Made by a program: the position numbers and the translations under genes. Shown here in pieces: positions 37,701 to 48,945 of a stretch of 64,000 nt of DNA; the stretch's first letter is position 1, and the number at the start of each line of letters is the position of its first letter. Source of the stretch: Takakia lepidozioides. Its lineage: Eukaryota; Plantae; Bryophyta. The stretch spans positions 51,832,001 through 51,896,000 of the forward strand of contig CM060732.1 in NCBI GenBank assembly GCA_030704615.1, in the 5' to 3' direction. The notes below the pieces were generated by a model that saw nothing but the letters and a program-made list of their open reading frames with translations, searched no databases and was not told where the DNA came from.

Positions 37701-38128
37701 GGAAGATAATAGGGATAATGTAAGAATCTAATGCACACGGGCAACCTCTGACACAATTGTACGCAGGTTTTTGGCATGTCAAATCTTCCCCACCCTCTCT
37801 TGAGAGTGACATGGAACTGAAAGAGTAAACTCCAGTCCTGGGTTATACCACTGGGTGTGTAACTTCCCTTGGGTTTATATTGGGTTACACGACGGGTGCC
37901 TGAGTGCCTGGATATTCGTGAACTGGAACAATGACGTGGAGATCTCCCAAACTGCAGGATCTCTAGGTACGTAAGGGATTGCACTTGGACTTAGATGACC
38001 TTGGCCGACTGATGAGATATGGGAGGCTGGAGGATTTCATATTTTGGAACTAATGACATGAAAAAAAACCGGCGTAAAGGTAATACCTACATCATATATG
38101 CAACACTGTGCTCTTAAGTGTGCTGTTC

Positions 38129-41100
38129 ATGCCAGCTGCTGGTACTCAAAGACCTGGTTTGTCATCAAACGCATCTGCAGACCCACCAATGGATTGTCTG
38201 CATTTCATTCATCGTCTCCCTTCCATGACGAGAGGAGGAGAAATTTCGAGTCTTTCAAGAAATCTCGATAGCCATAACTTAGCCATGCTTCACCCAGGCC
38301 ATGGTCTGTCTCTGTACCACGGATCCCCTACACTTCAAGCACCCAATATCTTGCATTTCCATCACACAGACCAGCTCAATGAGATTACCCAGTGTCCAAT
38401 TTCTATTGCAAACAGCAGGCACAATTCTTCCATCCAAGTTCGGAGATGTCTTGGCAGAAATTGGGGCAAGGATGCACCTCTGGGTTTTCAGGCAGGCCGC
38501 AGCAGAGAGTACAGGGCTCCCGTGTCAACTGCAGCTGTGAAGCAAGAGGAGCCTCTATTGCTTCGTGTGGCCGTCTCGGGCGTCACTAAAATTCTCGGTG
38601 TGCTGAATTTTGGCAGGTGAGGAGGATGCAAGTTGGGCAGTAAAAGGGACAATCAATGTAAATTGTAACGACTGTAATCTGCCATTACACTGGACAGTTC
38701 GGATTTGACAGGGGATGAGAGACAGTACGAGACCAGTAAGCGTCTAAAAAACACGCTTACAAAGTTTGCATTTTTGTACATACATCTGTGCACCTTTGAC
38801 TGATTGATTGAGTGGTTGCTTCATTACACGAGATTGCAGCTCAAAAAGTTCCACTATGCAGCTTGAAGAACCGACAACTGAAATTAAAACTGTGGTGGAC
38901 GCTCTTCGCGAAGACTACCAGCGGGCTTATTTCCTGACAGGTGGGCATTGTCACTCCATTTTCTTGTTGTGGGGGGAAGGTAAGATTTTCTTATTCCTAT
39001 TTCATCATGTATTGGAAGTTTTTTGTGCGACTACTTTCTCGCTGTGTCACCACCATGATTATTTCAGATTGGTTGACCCCCCAGGATGAGTGGCATATCT
39101 AGCACAAACGTCACAAACGCCAATGTATCATGGCAGAGAACATTCTTGCACTACAAGGCAACTCTATCCTGGGATGGCCCTTAGGCATGACAGACAGGCT
39201 CCATGACAATGGGCGTTCTCTTAAAAGGCCATTCCATGCTAATTATTGCGGGCAACCAAGGATTGCCCTTTGTGCAGGTGTTTCAGTTAGCAGAATGGCT
39301 TCAAGGTTTAGGTCAGCCTCAGACAATGAATGTACTCTGGATAATGCAGTACTCTGTGAGTATGCAGGAGACTTCACAACAGCTTTATATGCTAAGGATT
39401 GCTTATTTGCTGACCCCACCATTGAGTTTACAGGTAAGCCCACCTGGTTTTTCCAAGACCCCTCGTTATTTCTTCATCATTCTTCAAATCCAATGGAGAT
39501 TACTGCACACTTGCCTTAGAGGACCTAGGTCGTTACTATGACCATCAAGGATTGTGACTGGAGGCATATCTCCTATTTGCTGTCTCTATTGAAGGTTGAT
39601 CTGGAGGTTGTTTCCACGAAGGCCAAGCTGGCTTTCGGCGAAACAGGGGCTGTGTGGATCATATCTTCACTCTAAACCAGATTATCCAGGGAAGGAAAAT
39701 AGAAGGGAAACCCACTTATGGTTTTTTCCTGGATGTCAAAAAGGCTTATGACACAGTGTGGAGAGATGGCCTATGGTTCCGCCTCTGGTCTTGTGGGATC
39801 AAGGAAAGATGTGGAGAGTTGTCCACAACTTGTATGCTCACACCAAAAGCTGTGGTCACTGTTAACGGACAGAAGTCCAACTTCTTTGACATAGACCAAG
39901 GTGTAGCTCAAGGATGTACTCTCTCCCCTCTGCTCTTCAATGTTTTTATCAATCAACTCCTCGAGGATGTGGAAAGTGAGGGATTTGGGTTAAGGGTGGG
40001 TGATACCACCATACCAGTCCTTATGTTTGCGGATGACTTCGCAGGCATAGGGGAGACTCCAACCAATCTCCAGGAGTTGATTGATTGCGCGAAGAGATAC
40101 TTTGATCTTTGGGGGCTAGAGGCTAATGTCAGCAAATGTGCAGTGGTAGCATTCAACGACAGAGGAGAGGGAGGAAGTGATCTTAAGTGGCAGTGGGGTA
40201 GCCAAGAGATCCCGGTCCTCCCTTCCTACACTTACCTGGGCGTTGAATTTTCCTCCAATTGTAATTGGGATGCACATATCCGGAAAGTTGTTCAAACTGG
40301 CAAGGGCAAAGCTCTGGGGCTCACTAAATTTTTCCACTAAAGAGGGGTCAACTCTGAGGTTAAGAAAACCATGCTTTGCCGCATTATTAGACCTGCCTTG
40401 GAGTACGGATCTGCTATATGGGTTGATAACTCCAACCAGGCTAAGTCTCTAGAATCCATTCAAGTGGGGGTGCTTAAGGAGTGTATGTCAGCATGCTCCA
40501 AAAACAGCCAATGTGGCTGTTCGGGGGGTGAGTTTGGCATTCCGTCCTTAAGCTCCCGACGAGATGAATTCAAGGTCAGATGGTGGGGTCAGCTGCAACA
40601 TATGCCCAACACCAGATATCCTAAGTTAATTGACTCTATATCTTGGAAACAGGACCGCCCTGTCAAACAGGCTGAGTCCTGGCAGAAGAGAGTAGAAGAG
40701 ATTCTCAAGGTCCTGGACCTGGATCCGCAAGTCTTGACCCTGCTGGATAAATCTGATTAGAGGCTGTAGTGTCCGATGCCATGTCTGTTGCCATGAGATT
40801 GTCTGATGAAAATGAAGTTAGGCAGAAAACCTCCCTGAACTTGTTTCCAGTCAGTGACATGGGGGAGGACATCTTGGATGACCTCAAGGGTCTACCCACT
40901 CTCGGCACTAGACTGAAATTTAAACTCAGGGCAGGAAGCCTACCTTTGAACAGCAAACAGAAGCAGAGAGGAAAGGGAGAGTGCAATTGCCCATGTGTGG
41001 GCAATCTGAAGACAGTATTCATTTTCTGATACACTGTCCGGGGTTCTCTCACCAAAGAGACGCTCTCTTCAACTCTATCAAGGGAATTGTGCCTGTACCC

Positions 41101-42488
41101 CTGTTTACCAACTTTGAAAGTCTCGAGGCTGAGCCAAAAGCCCAGGCCCTCCTGAGGCCTAGTTTATGGCAAATCACACACAGCAGATTGATGCTTGTGT
41201 GAAGGGATTTCTAGAGGATATCTGGAAAACCCGGATTAATTCTTTATATGAAGGTAAGTCTTACTACCAACGTCAGCCCCCGACAGAGATAGGTTCTGTC
41301 CCTTTTGTTCCCGCTCAAACTGGGCGCGGGGTCAATGGCCACAAGGCTACGGCAAACAACGTCTTATGAGTACAATCTATTGAAGGCACCAGATATAATT
41401 CTCTTTGGTCAGAGTTCTCACATAAACAAGCACAAAGAAAGGGCATCCTTCCACTCTTGGCTAATGCATTTACAGGGTTGTGAGTGGCAGGGAGGGATAA
41501 GTACCAACGCAATTTGATGCTGTTGGTGCCCTTCTTTGAGGATCCATCACTAACTCTGTTCAGCATTGAAGAGGTCTGTTCTGCCTTTTGACATATGCTA
41601 GTTTATTTCTCTCCCTGCAAGGTTCTTTATACCAGGCACCAGATAATGTGGTAGGAAGTGACATATAGAGATCTTGCATGGTAATGCAGGTTGTTGAAGA
41701 TGGCACAAGGCTGATCAAAGCTCGCTGGAATCTCAGGTATTACGCACTGGGCTCAAAGTTACTTTACTCTCTGTTCATATCAATCACAGGGGTGTACTTC
41801 TGATCCACCTTTTCAGATTATTGTTATGAAGAATACGGGTGCAATCTGTCAGTTTGTTCTTTGACGCATAATGATATTGGTAATGCAATTGACTCTGGTG
41901 TGTGAACAGAACCTATCTACGGCTGCCATGGAAGCCTCTGATTGCATTGGATGGTTCTACAGTGTACAATGTGAATGCTGACTCCAAAGTGAGTGTCTGA
42001 AAAATTTCTGTGTCTGCATTCTAATTATGCTGGATAGTAAGTGCTCCTTCCTCTTCATGGTAAATGGGAGCTGCATATATTCTCCTTGTTTGGGAAGTCT
42101 TGTCATGATGCAACATAGCATGAAGAAGAGAGATCTCAAAGACAGTTCACTTCCACAGGTATTAGATATGAAACTGGTTTTCGACAATATCCATTTGTCA
42201 TGTCTGTTACAACGATCTGCCATACTAAGTAGTCTAGCATGAACCAGCTCTTTCTAAAGCCATTACAGAAAGGGGACCAAAGAGTTGTAAAGGCTTTACG
42301 TAGTCCTGCAGCATGAAGATGTGAGGCTCAAAAAAGAAACCTGTAGATCATTAAACTTGCTTATGGGGAGATTCAATGTTACCTTGCATTACCTTGAATA
42401 TTGGCAGATTGTGAAGCACGTGGAGAGCTGGAGCATAACAGGTGGGCAAGCAATCCGTCAGATATTGTTTCTTCTCGTTAATATATGA
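38129..42488 (+). CDS. DUF2358 (SnoaL/NTF2-like) family protein, probably plastid-targeted; start codon uncertain
   Basis: Exons encode LREDYQRAYFLTG-DFTTALYAKDCLFADPTIEFTG-RDKYQRNLMLLVPFFEDP-..ARWNLR-TYLRLPWKP..-IVKHVESWSI. Confidence 0.85.
39596..41375 (+). mobile_element. 5'-truncated non-LTR retrotransposon (RTEX-like RT plus C-terminal CCHC finger) in a DUF2358 intron
   Basis: RT motifs GFRRNRGCVDHI, FLDVKKAYDTV, GVAQGCTLSP, MFADD, YTYLG; CPMC..HFLIHC. Frameshifted. TSD TCTATTGAAGG at 39585-39595 / 41376-41386. Confidence 0.92.
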
Positions 42489-42537
42489 AGCAAGGTAGTT
42501 TTTTCTGTTTGTGTTGTTTTGCTTTGTAGCGTTGAGA

Positions 42538-42725
42538 TGTCGCAAACCGCGGGCCCAGCCCTTGTGCTTGGTACCGTCGGAAAGCCCTCGATGAGGAGGT
42601 GTTCACCGACTTGGTCTAATAATTTTTGGACCTGCCATGTGGGAGATATGGAATTTCAAGTACTTTTTTGTCTCTGGAAATTCATGAAAAATAGCAAAGT
42701 GGGCTTTCCTGGAACAACGATTGGA
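42538..42725 (+). repeat. Copy of the dispersed repeat family
   Basis: Collinear similarity to 36946-37140. Confidence 0.7.
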
Positions 42726-43011
42726 TATATCACTACTCAACAAATTCATGGAAAAAATAAATTGGTGTTTTCTGGAATATAAAATCACTGTATAATATGT
42801 GCTCAACGACACATTATGAATGTACGAACTATGGAGTCCAAGAACTGAGGTAAGTGCCCCAAAAGAAATAAGATCTACCCGAGAATTCCATAGAAACACA
42901 TCAATATATGAAACGAGGTACAAAAACAAGTGTTTTCTTCAATTCTTCACACATGGGCCTTGACATGGAGACGCACTTGGATACATAGGGGATTGCACTT
43001 GGACTTAGATA

Positions 43012-43332
43012 TGTAGAGCAGTTTCATTCGGGCCCTGATTCTAGAGTGGTCGAGGAATTACTGCGGCCCATGAATCGGGGCCCTGATTCTAGAGTGGTCG
43101 AGGAATTACTGCGGCCCATGAATCGCTGCGTAGGGAGGCCACGTGTATTAAGGAATGAGATGAGGGGGTCCAAAAAAAAGAAGGGAGGAATTGGTCAAAT
43201 TTAGAATAGGGAGTCTTGTAAGGTTGACATGTGTCAAGGGCCTTCTAGAAGGGTCCCACCGCCTTGGGGGGCTATATAAGGGAGGCCCTCCCCTCTTACT
43301 ACCTACTAAATTAATAAATAGTGGGCTCTACA
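43012..43332 (+). mobile_element. Probable solo LTR with an internal ~48-bp tandem duplication
   Basis: Termini TGTAGAGC...GCTCTACA. Contains TATATAAG and AATAAA. Tandem repeat at about 43031-43127. No matching TSD. Confidence 0.55.
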
Positions 43333-43560
43333 AAGGCGGGGCCCCCAAAAAAAAACAGCAAACATGAATCAATTAATTACTAGAAAACTGACTATGTTAC
43401 TAAGGCAATGATGTGTGCTCATTATTTAGACAAATTGTCAACCACGACGGCTGGTGGCAAAACTGGTTTTTATCCATTTTTCAACTGAGCCTTGAGGGGA
43501 ATAATATACCCCATCTGTGAGTCATACAACGTCAGAGCCCCAACCTGACAAACAAATGAC

Positions 43561-43627
43561 AGGGGTTTGATTTGAACCCCAACGCCACAGCCCAATGCAC
43601 AGGTGTCTTACCATGGGGCTACAGTCC
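43561..43627 (-). repeat. tRNA-like/SINE-head remnant
   Basis: On the minus strand, A-box-like TAGCCCCATGGTAAG and B-box-like GGTTCAAATC at tRNA spacing. No intact cloverleaf. Confidence 0.35.
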
Positions 43628-43798
43628 TGTTGTGTAATAATCTTCTCATTTCTATTTACCCAAGTTACCGGAAGGTAAGCAAAACTATTCTTATATTTAT
43701 CCGCAAGTGATTACGCACATGCACAAATCCTCAACCATTAGGTTGTGCTTGAACCTTGTTTCAGCTATAGAATCAAATTAACATTCACACCATCCAAT

Positions 43799-43884
43799 AG
43801 GGGGTGGCCCACCCCCGAAAGGGGGCAGTAGCCGTAAGGCGAAGTGGCTCTTAGTTACGCCGGTTTCGGCCGGAGTCTTCTCTC
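43799..43884 (+). mobile_element. 86-nt structured retroposed element with a 14-bp TSD
   Basis: TCACACCATCCAAT at 43785-43798 and 43885-43898. Three tetraloop hairpins. (TC)n tail. Confidence 0.85.
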
Positions 43885-44599
43885 TCACACCATCCAATTT
43901 TCACTCAGAATATGCGAAGAATTTACTCTCAATCTACTTTAAAATTCCATACATCCACTTGGAAATTATGTTGATGAATCCCCCACTAGAGTCATGTCAA
44001 TCAAGATCGAGGATTGTAGATCAAATCTGTTGGTGGATTTTTCTCTTCCTATCAGTATCACGACTTGTTCAGTTTACAAGGTACTTGGGAGGAGCAGCAT
44101 GCCACACAAGAGGTCCTTTGGGTTGACGGTTGGTTGACTCCTCCTTGGGTGAAAGAAAAGCTAAGTTAGCCGCTTTCATGACACAAGGTCAAGGACAATG
44201 GGGTGAGGGCATCTTCTTCTTCAAACACATTTCGGCCTGTTTTGTCCTCTTATCATAATGGCTGTATATTTTATGTCGATTTCTGCTAGTTAGCTCATCG
44301 GTTGATGTATGGTGGTTTGGATTGATTTGGACATGTTACTTTCCAATGTGGCAACAGGCGAATATCCTACAGCAGGAAACAAAGACGAGAGAAGCATTGG
44401 AAGGAATTTTTTCATCCCAGTCAATGGTGGAACAATTGAGGCAAGAAGGTGAATGCCTGTTAGATTACAGAGGGAAGCAGACAACAAGATGCATCGCAGA
44501 GTTTTCTTGGAAATTGCCATCCTCTCTCTCCCCAGCACGTGTAAAGTCTTGGGAACTAGTATCTGATAAGTAGGGTGAGGATGTTTGCTTGAAAGAATT

Positions 44600-44940
44600 A
44601 GGCTGTCTTTGTCAGCTGCTAGCAGCAAGGAAGGGGTGAAGCCCAACCGGGTCCAGTTTGCGAGCCTGGCAGTTCTGTAGAAGGGCAAAGAGGTCCAGGT
44701 GACATCATCAAGGCTGGAATTGTACCAGATGTCATTCTGAACCTCGCAGACATGTATGCCAAAGTGGGGAGCATTGCAGATGCAAAGGTAGTGTTCGACA
44801 ATACGGCTGAACGAAATGTGGGTGTCCTGGAGTGCTATGATTGCAGTGGGATGGAGGCTTTGGAGACCGATGAGCAAATGATGCGGGAAGGAGTGAAGCC
44901 CAACTGGGTCACGTTTGTTTGTGTTTGCAATGCAAGAGGG
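44600..44940 (+). pseudogene. PLS-class PPR fragment
   Basis: MYAKVGSIADAKVVFDNTAERN, MEALETDEQMMREGVKPNWVTFVCVCNA. Frameshifted. Confidence 0.8.
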
Positions 44941-45184
44941 AATGTGTACTTATCTCTGTGTTGGGCCTCCACAAAACACACATTCTTTTTGCAACACAGT
45001 AGGCTCCTTAACCCAAAAATCCCTGAGTGAGGTAGAGGGATAGTCGAAAGTTGCAAGTTTGGGTTCACCCCTCGTGCTCGCAATTCGTCTCTCTCTAATT
45101 ATTGAAATGTAGAAATTTCTCCAAGCAAATTGTTCGATGCTCTTCGGGTTTTGCCTTTTGCCAGGCGGTCGCAACCAAGTGTGT

Positions 45185-45545
45185 TTAGAGGCTATACCCA
45201 GGTTGAGAATGAGAAGTCTCAAAGCTTGGACTGTTTGCAAGCTCCTCCACTGATGGGTATCTTGAGCTGTAGGCTGTGATATTGTGGCCAACGCGAGTGA
45301 CCTTAATCTGCGTAAGCATTGCCACAACATCCCTCATGGTCGGGCGATCTCCTGCATTCTGCTTGGTGCATGAAAGAGCTACTTTTATGAGGTGACACAT
45401 CTGCGGCCCATGTATCGGCACTATGCCCTGCAACCGCTGGTCAAGCACTCCCAAAATCCCCTCAGAAGGGACTGCTCTCACCCAGAGATTGAGCTCTTCG
45501 TCAATCACACTCGTGGGTTGTTTCCTGTCAACATTTTCATGTAAG
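45185..45545 (-). pseudogene. C-terminal fragment of a receptor-like kinase (subdomains IX-XI)
   Basis: (E)MLTG(K)QPT..LWVR..LDQRL..IKVALSCT....DRPTMRDVVAML. The upstream kinase part is absent. Confidence 0.75.
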
Positions 45546-45549
45546 TTAA

Positions 45550-45993
45550 CCCCTAAACGCCCGCAGGCCTCCGTTGACTTTTTACCAAAAAGCGGGGCCG
45601 GCTAGGAAAACTAGCGTAATTTTTGAAAAAAAATGAATCTTGAAAAGGTAACCGGACATTATGAAGCCACCTACCCCAGGCAGGTCCTGCCCAATTTTGG
45701 AGCCAATCAGACAACTAGTGCAAAAACCCCACCGTTGCGAGTGGGGTCCATTTTTGGAAATTTGTGCAGCCAAAAAAAACCAAAATGGAGATTTGTGGTC
45801 GGGATGGAAAAAAATCGGCCCAAAAACGTGATGGCCGTCCAACACGATTTAAGCAATCGATCTCGCATGGACCATCCTAATGTAGACACACAGTGCACCC
45901 ACCAAAAAAAACAAGAAAAGGCCAAAATTTGCTCCTGGCAGAACTATTTGTGTAAAAAAAACGACCAATTTTGGGCCGGCGGGCATTTAGGGG
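45550..45993. mobile_element. piggyBac-like MITE (TTAA|CCC ends)
   Basis: TTAA|CCCCTAAACGCCCGCAGGCC ... GGCCGGCGGGCATTTAGGGG|TTGA. Confidence 0.7.
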
Positions 45994-45999
45994 TTGAAA

Positions 46000-47330
46000 G
46001 ATAAGCTTGACTTCTCTAGGTGTGAGGAGAGCTTATTCTATGCATATATAATCTACGTTACATTAGTCTCTATCTATTAATTCTATCATGGTATCAGAGC
46101 CTGGTTAGGAATTACTCATAGATTTTCTTTATCTCGTTGAAAATGGGTCTCTTTTGATAGAGCGCCCAGGAAGTCAATGAGATATAAAATGAATAAAGCA
46201 GATTTTCGCAAGTCTAAGATTCTATTGACAAAGATTAATATTGCAGTATCCCAGCAATGGCTGATCAAACTAAGAATATAGAGAAGTTGGATGGTCCTAA
46301 CCAGTGTTGTAATGGTATGTGCGAGTCGGTTGGGGTATATGCACTGGTATGAGTAAGGGTATTGTAGAACATACCAGTTGGGTATGTCTTGGGGCGTATA
46401 CACTGGCTATACCCTGGACCCTGGGTTTTGAACACTGGACCTACCTCTCTACCTACCATACCAGTCTAAGTATGAACTATTTTCATACTCGGCTTGAGAC
46501 CCGTATTGAGGGTTGATGAACCCAAGCTAGCATGGCTATATGTAATGATACAATATTTTTGTGCTTATCCTCATTCACATTTGTGCAATGTAAAAAATAA
46601 CACTATATCTTTGGGCTCCCATCGGCTGGCATCATTTATTTGAGCCGCTAGCATCATGTATCCCAACCACTAGTACAACATGGATCACCATAATATAACC
46701 ATGTACCAAAAACATAAATTTATAAATAACAGCAGGCGTTTGTGGGTACAATTATACAAGACATGTAGAAATAACATGAAGTTAACCTTAAAATCCATAA
46801 TGTCATTTGAGTTTTTGTCATATCCATGCCTAGGATTAGGATATCTCAAAATTCGAAATACCCATACCCATCCTATAACCTACCCTGGGCAGTCCTAATC
46901 TACCCCGGGCCCTACCAGTTGGACCCAACAGCCAAGTTGGAAAGTTGGACCTACCAGAACTAGTCCGGTAAGCCAAAATGGACATACCAGTACAACATTG
47001 GTTCTAACTTCTCCACTTGGAAAATTAGAATGTTATATTTGCTTAAAAAAGAAAATTATGGGATTTAGTGATAGGCACTGAACAGTGAAATTAAACCTAC
47101 AAGTATTGTATCTCTTGGAGGAACAGTAGTCAATCCTCCTGCTACTGGACAAGGATCTATCTCAAACTGGGATGATAGAGACAGATTTGCTCAAATGATA
47201 ATTGTGGATAACGTTAAAAATTCATGTCTAGGTCATGCTACATCAAGTAATACTGCTCATGAAAATTGGTCAGAAATAAAGAAGATGTATCAAAATTCAG
47301 ACATGATGAATAAAGCTTCTCATTTAACAA
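46000..47330 (+). mobile_element. Ty1/Copia fragment: LTR end, tRNA-iMet PBS and gag N-terminus
   Basis: ...TATCA|TGGTATCAGAGC at 46089-46100. gag reads IEKLDGPN-FSTWKIRM..LW..W...AQMII..V....ENWSEIKKMY. Confidence 0.8.
46302..47000. mobile_element. hAT-type MITE inserted in Copia gag
   Basis: TIR CARTGTTGTAMTGGTATGT. 8-bp TSD GTCCTAAC / GTTCTAAC. Confidence 0.85.
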
Positions 47331-47950
47331 TAATAGGGTCATGAATGCCCGCGCGTGTGGCTGCGGTGGGGCCCGCGTGTGGCAGAGGGGTTCGCGGGAT
47401 CGCGGAGGGTGGGAGCGCCCCTACCTGGACCCCGCCAATCCCCGCCAGTCTGCTTGTTGGGTCTGCCCGGCAAGCTGGTCTGCTAGGGCCTACAAAACAC
47501 ATGAGCTAGTCTGTTGGGGCCCACAATATGCACATAAAGCATTAGTTATTGCATAGGTTTGCAGAAAGCAGTGGGTAGTGTGGTGGTTAAGAGCAATGAA
47601 TGATAAACACGAGGCATGTTGTTCGAAATCTCGTTACGTTGTATCGTGGCAGTAATGTGTGTTATTAAATACATATTTTGTCGAAGGGTCTGCCGGTCTA
47701 CTGGAAGGGGTTCTGCCCAGTCTGCTGGAGAGGTGCTGGTCCGCTCGTCAGTCTGCTGGAGGGTCTGCTAGAAGGTTGGAGTCGGTCTGTTGGAGGGTTT
47801 GCCCAGTCTGCTAGAAGGTCCGCCACGGTAGATTAACAAGGACTTAGAAAAAATTCAGAATCTCGCCGACCCGATGAATGGGCGGTGGGCTTATGAGCTC
47901 ACCCCAAGGGTCGTACTGGCGGGCCCGCCTGTGCATTCATGACCCTATTA
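47331..47950. mobile_element. Second hAT-type MITE
   Basis: TIR TAATAGGGTCATGAATGC. 8-bp TSD TTTAACAA / TTAAACAA. Internal GTCTGCTRG repeats. Confidence 0.8.
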
Positions 47951-48945
47951 TTAAACAATGAGAGGCATGAATAAACACTTTTGTAAGTAAAAAATATGTT
48001 AACTTTGTTATGAATGAAGTGTGAAAACACCTATGCTATCCAAAGTCAATAACAAGTGTAAAACATCTAGAATTAGATTAAATAGATCTTACATCAAGAG
48101 AAAAAGTGTTCACAAGAGAGATCTGCACTCTCTGTGTCTCGGCTGAGTCTGGTGGTTCTACATCTACTCAACTATTGAGCTCTATACCGTTCCACACACG
48201 CCTTGGTGACTTCAACCACCCAACCACTTCAGATGTAAGACTTGGATGTAACTACACATCTTTAATCTATAATCCATTACATCCTACACTATAACTGACA
48301 AAGAATTATAGATGTATTCCTTCGCTCCCACGGTCCAGTTCGGGTTCTGACTTTTTAACATGGGGGCGGTTCCGATTACCGGTTAGTTGCTGGAAAAAAA
48401 ACACCGGTTCCCGGTTAGGTTCCGGTTCTTCTTTAAAAATATATTAATTTTTTTTTAAATATTCTTCTGGAAAATTAGATGAACTGATCTGATTGGTCAT
48501 ACTGAATATTCAGAATTTTCAACTAAAACCAGGGAATTTATTAGTAAAACAGAAGTAAATAAACTTATATGTTTTTTGTGATTGTCTTTTATGGTAAGTT
48601 AAATACGCATGGTCTCCATTAAAAACGGAAAACCAGAGATTTTATAAGTTTTCGTATGGTGTAGCAAAGAACAACTAAAACAAACTAACTACATAAGGAT
48701 CTTAATTCAAAATACAAAACAAATTAAACATGTGTAATTCTATGGTTACCTTTTATGGTGCAGCAAAAGCACAACTAGAAAAAACAACATAAATTTGTGT
48801 TTTTGGGATGATGCTTTGTCGATATAGCATACAACAAACTAAGTACACGGGATGTCACTGAAATTTTCAATAAAATGACAAATAAACAAACTCCAATCAA
48901 AGGAGTAGTGTAATATGTTGAACAATAATTTGTCTCTAAGACAAA

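Noticed and set aside
43561-43627. Functional tRNA gene
   Set aside because: Acceptor and anticodon stems do not form. At most a SINE-like remnant.
43799-43884. Hammerhead or HDV-like ribozyme call
   Set aside because: No CUGANGA core or NUH site on either strand, and no P1/P1.1 pseudoknot. Kept only as an unclassified structured RNA.
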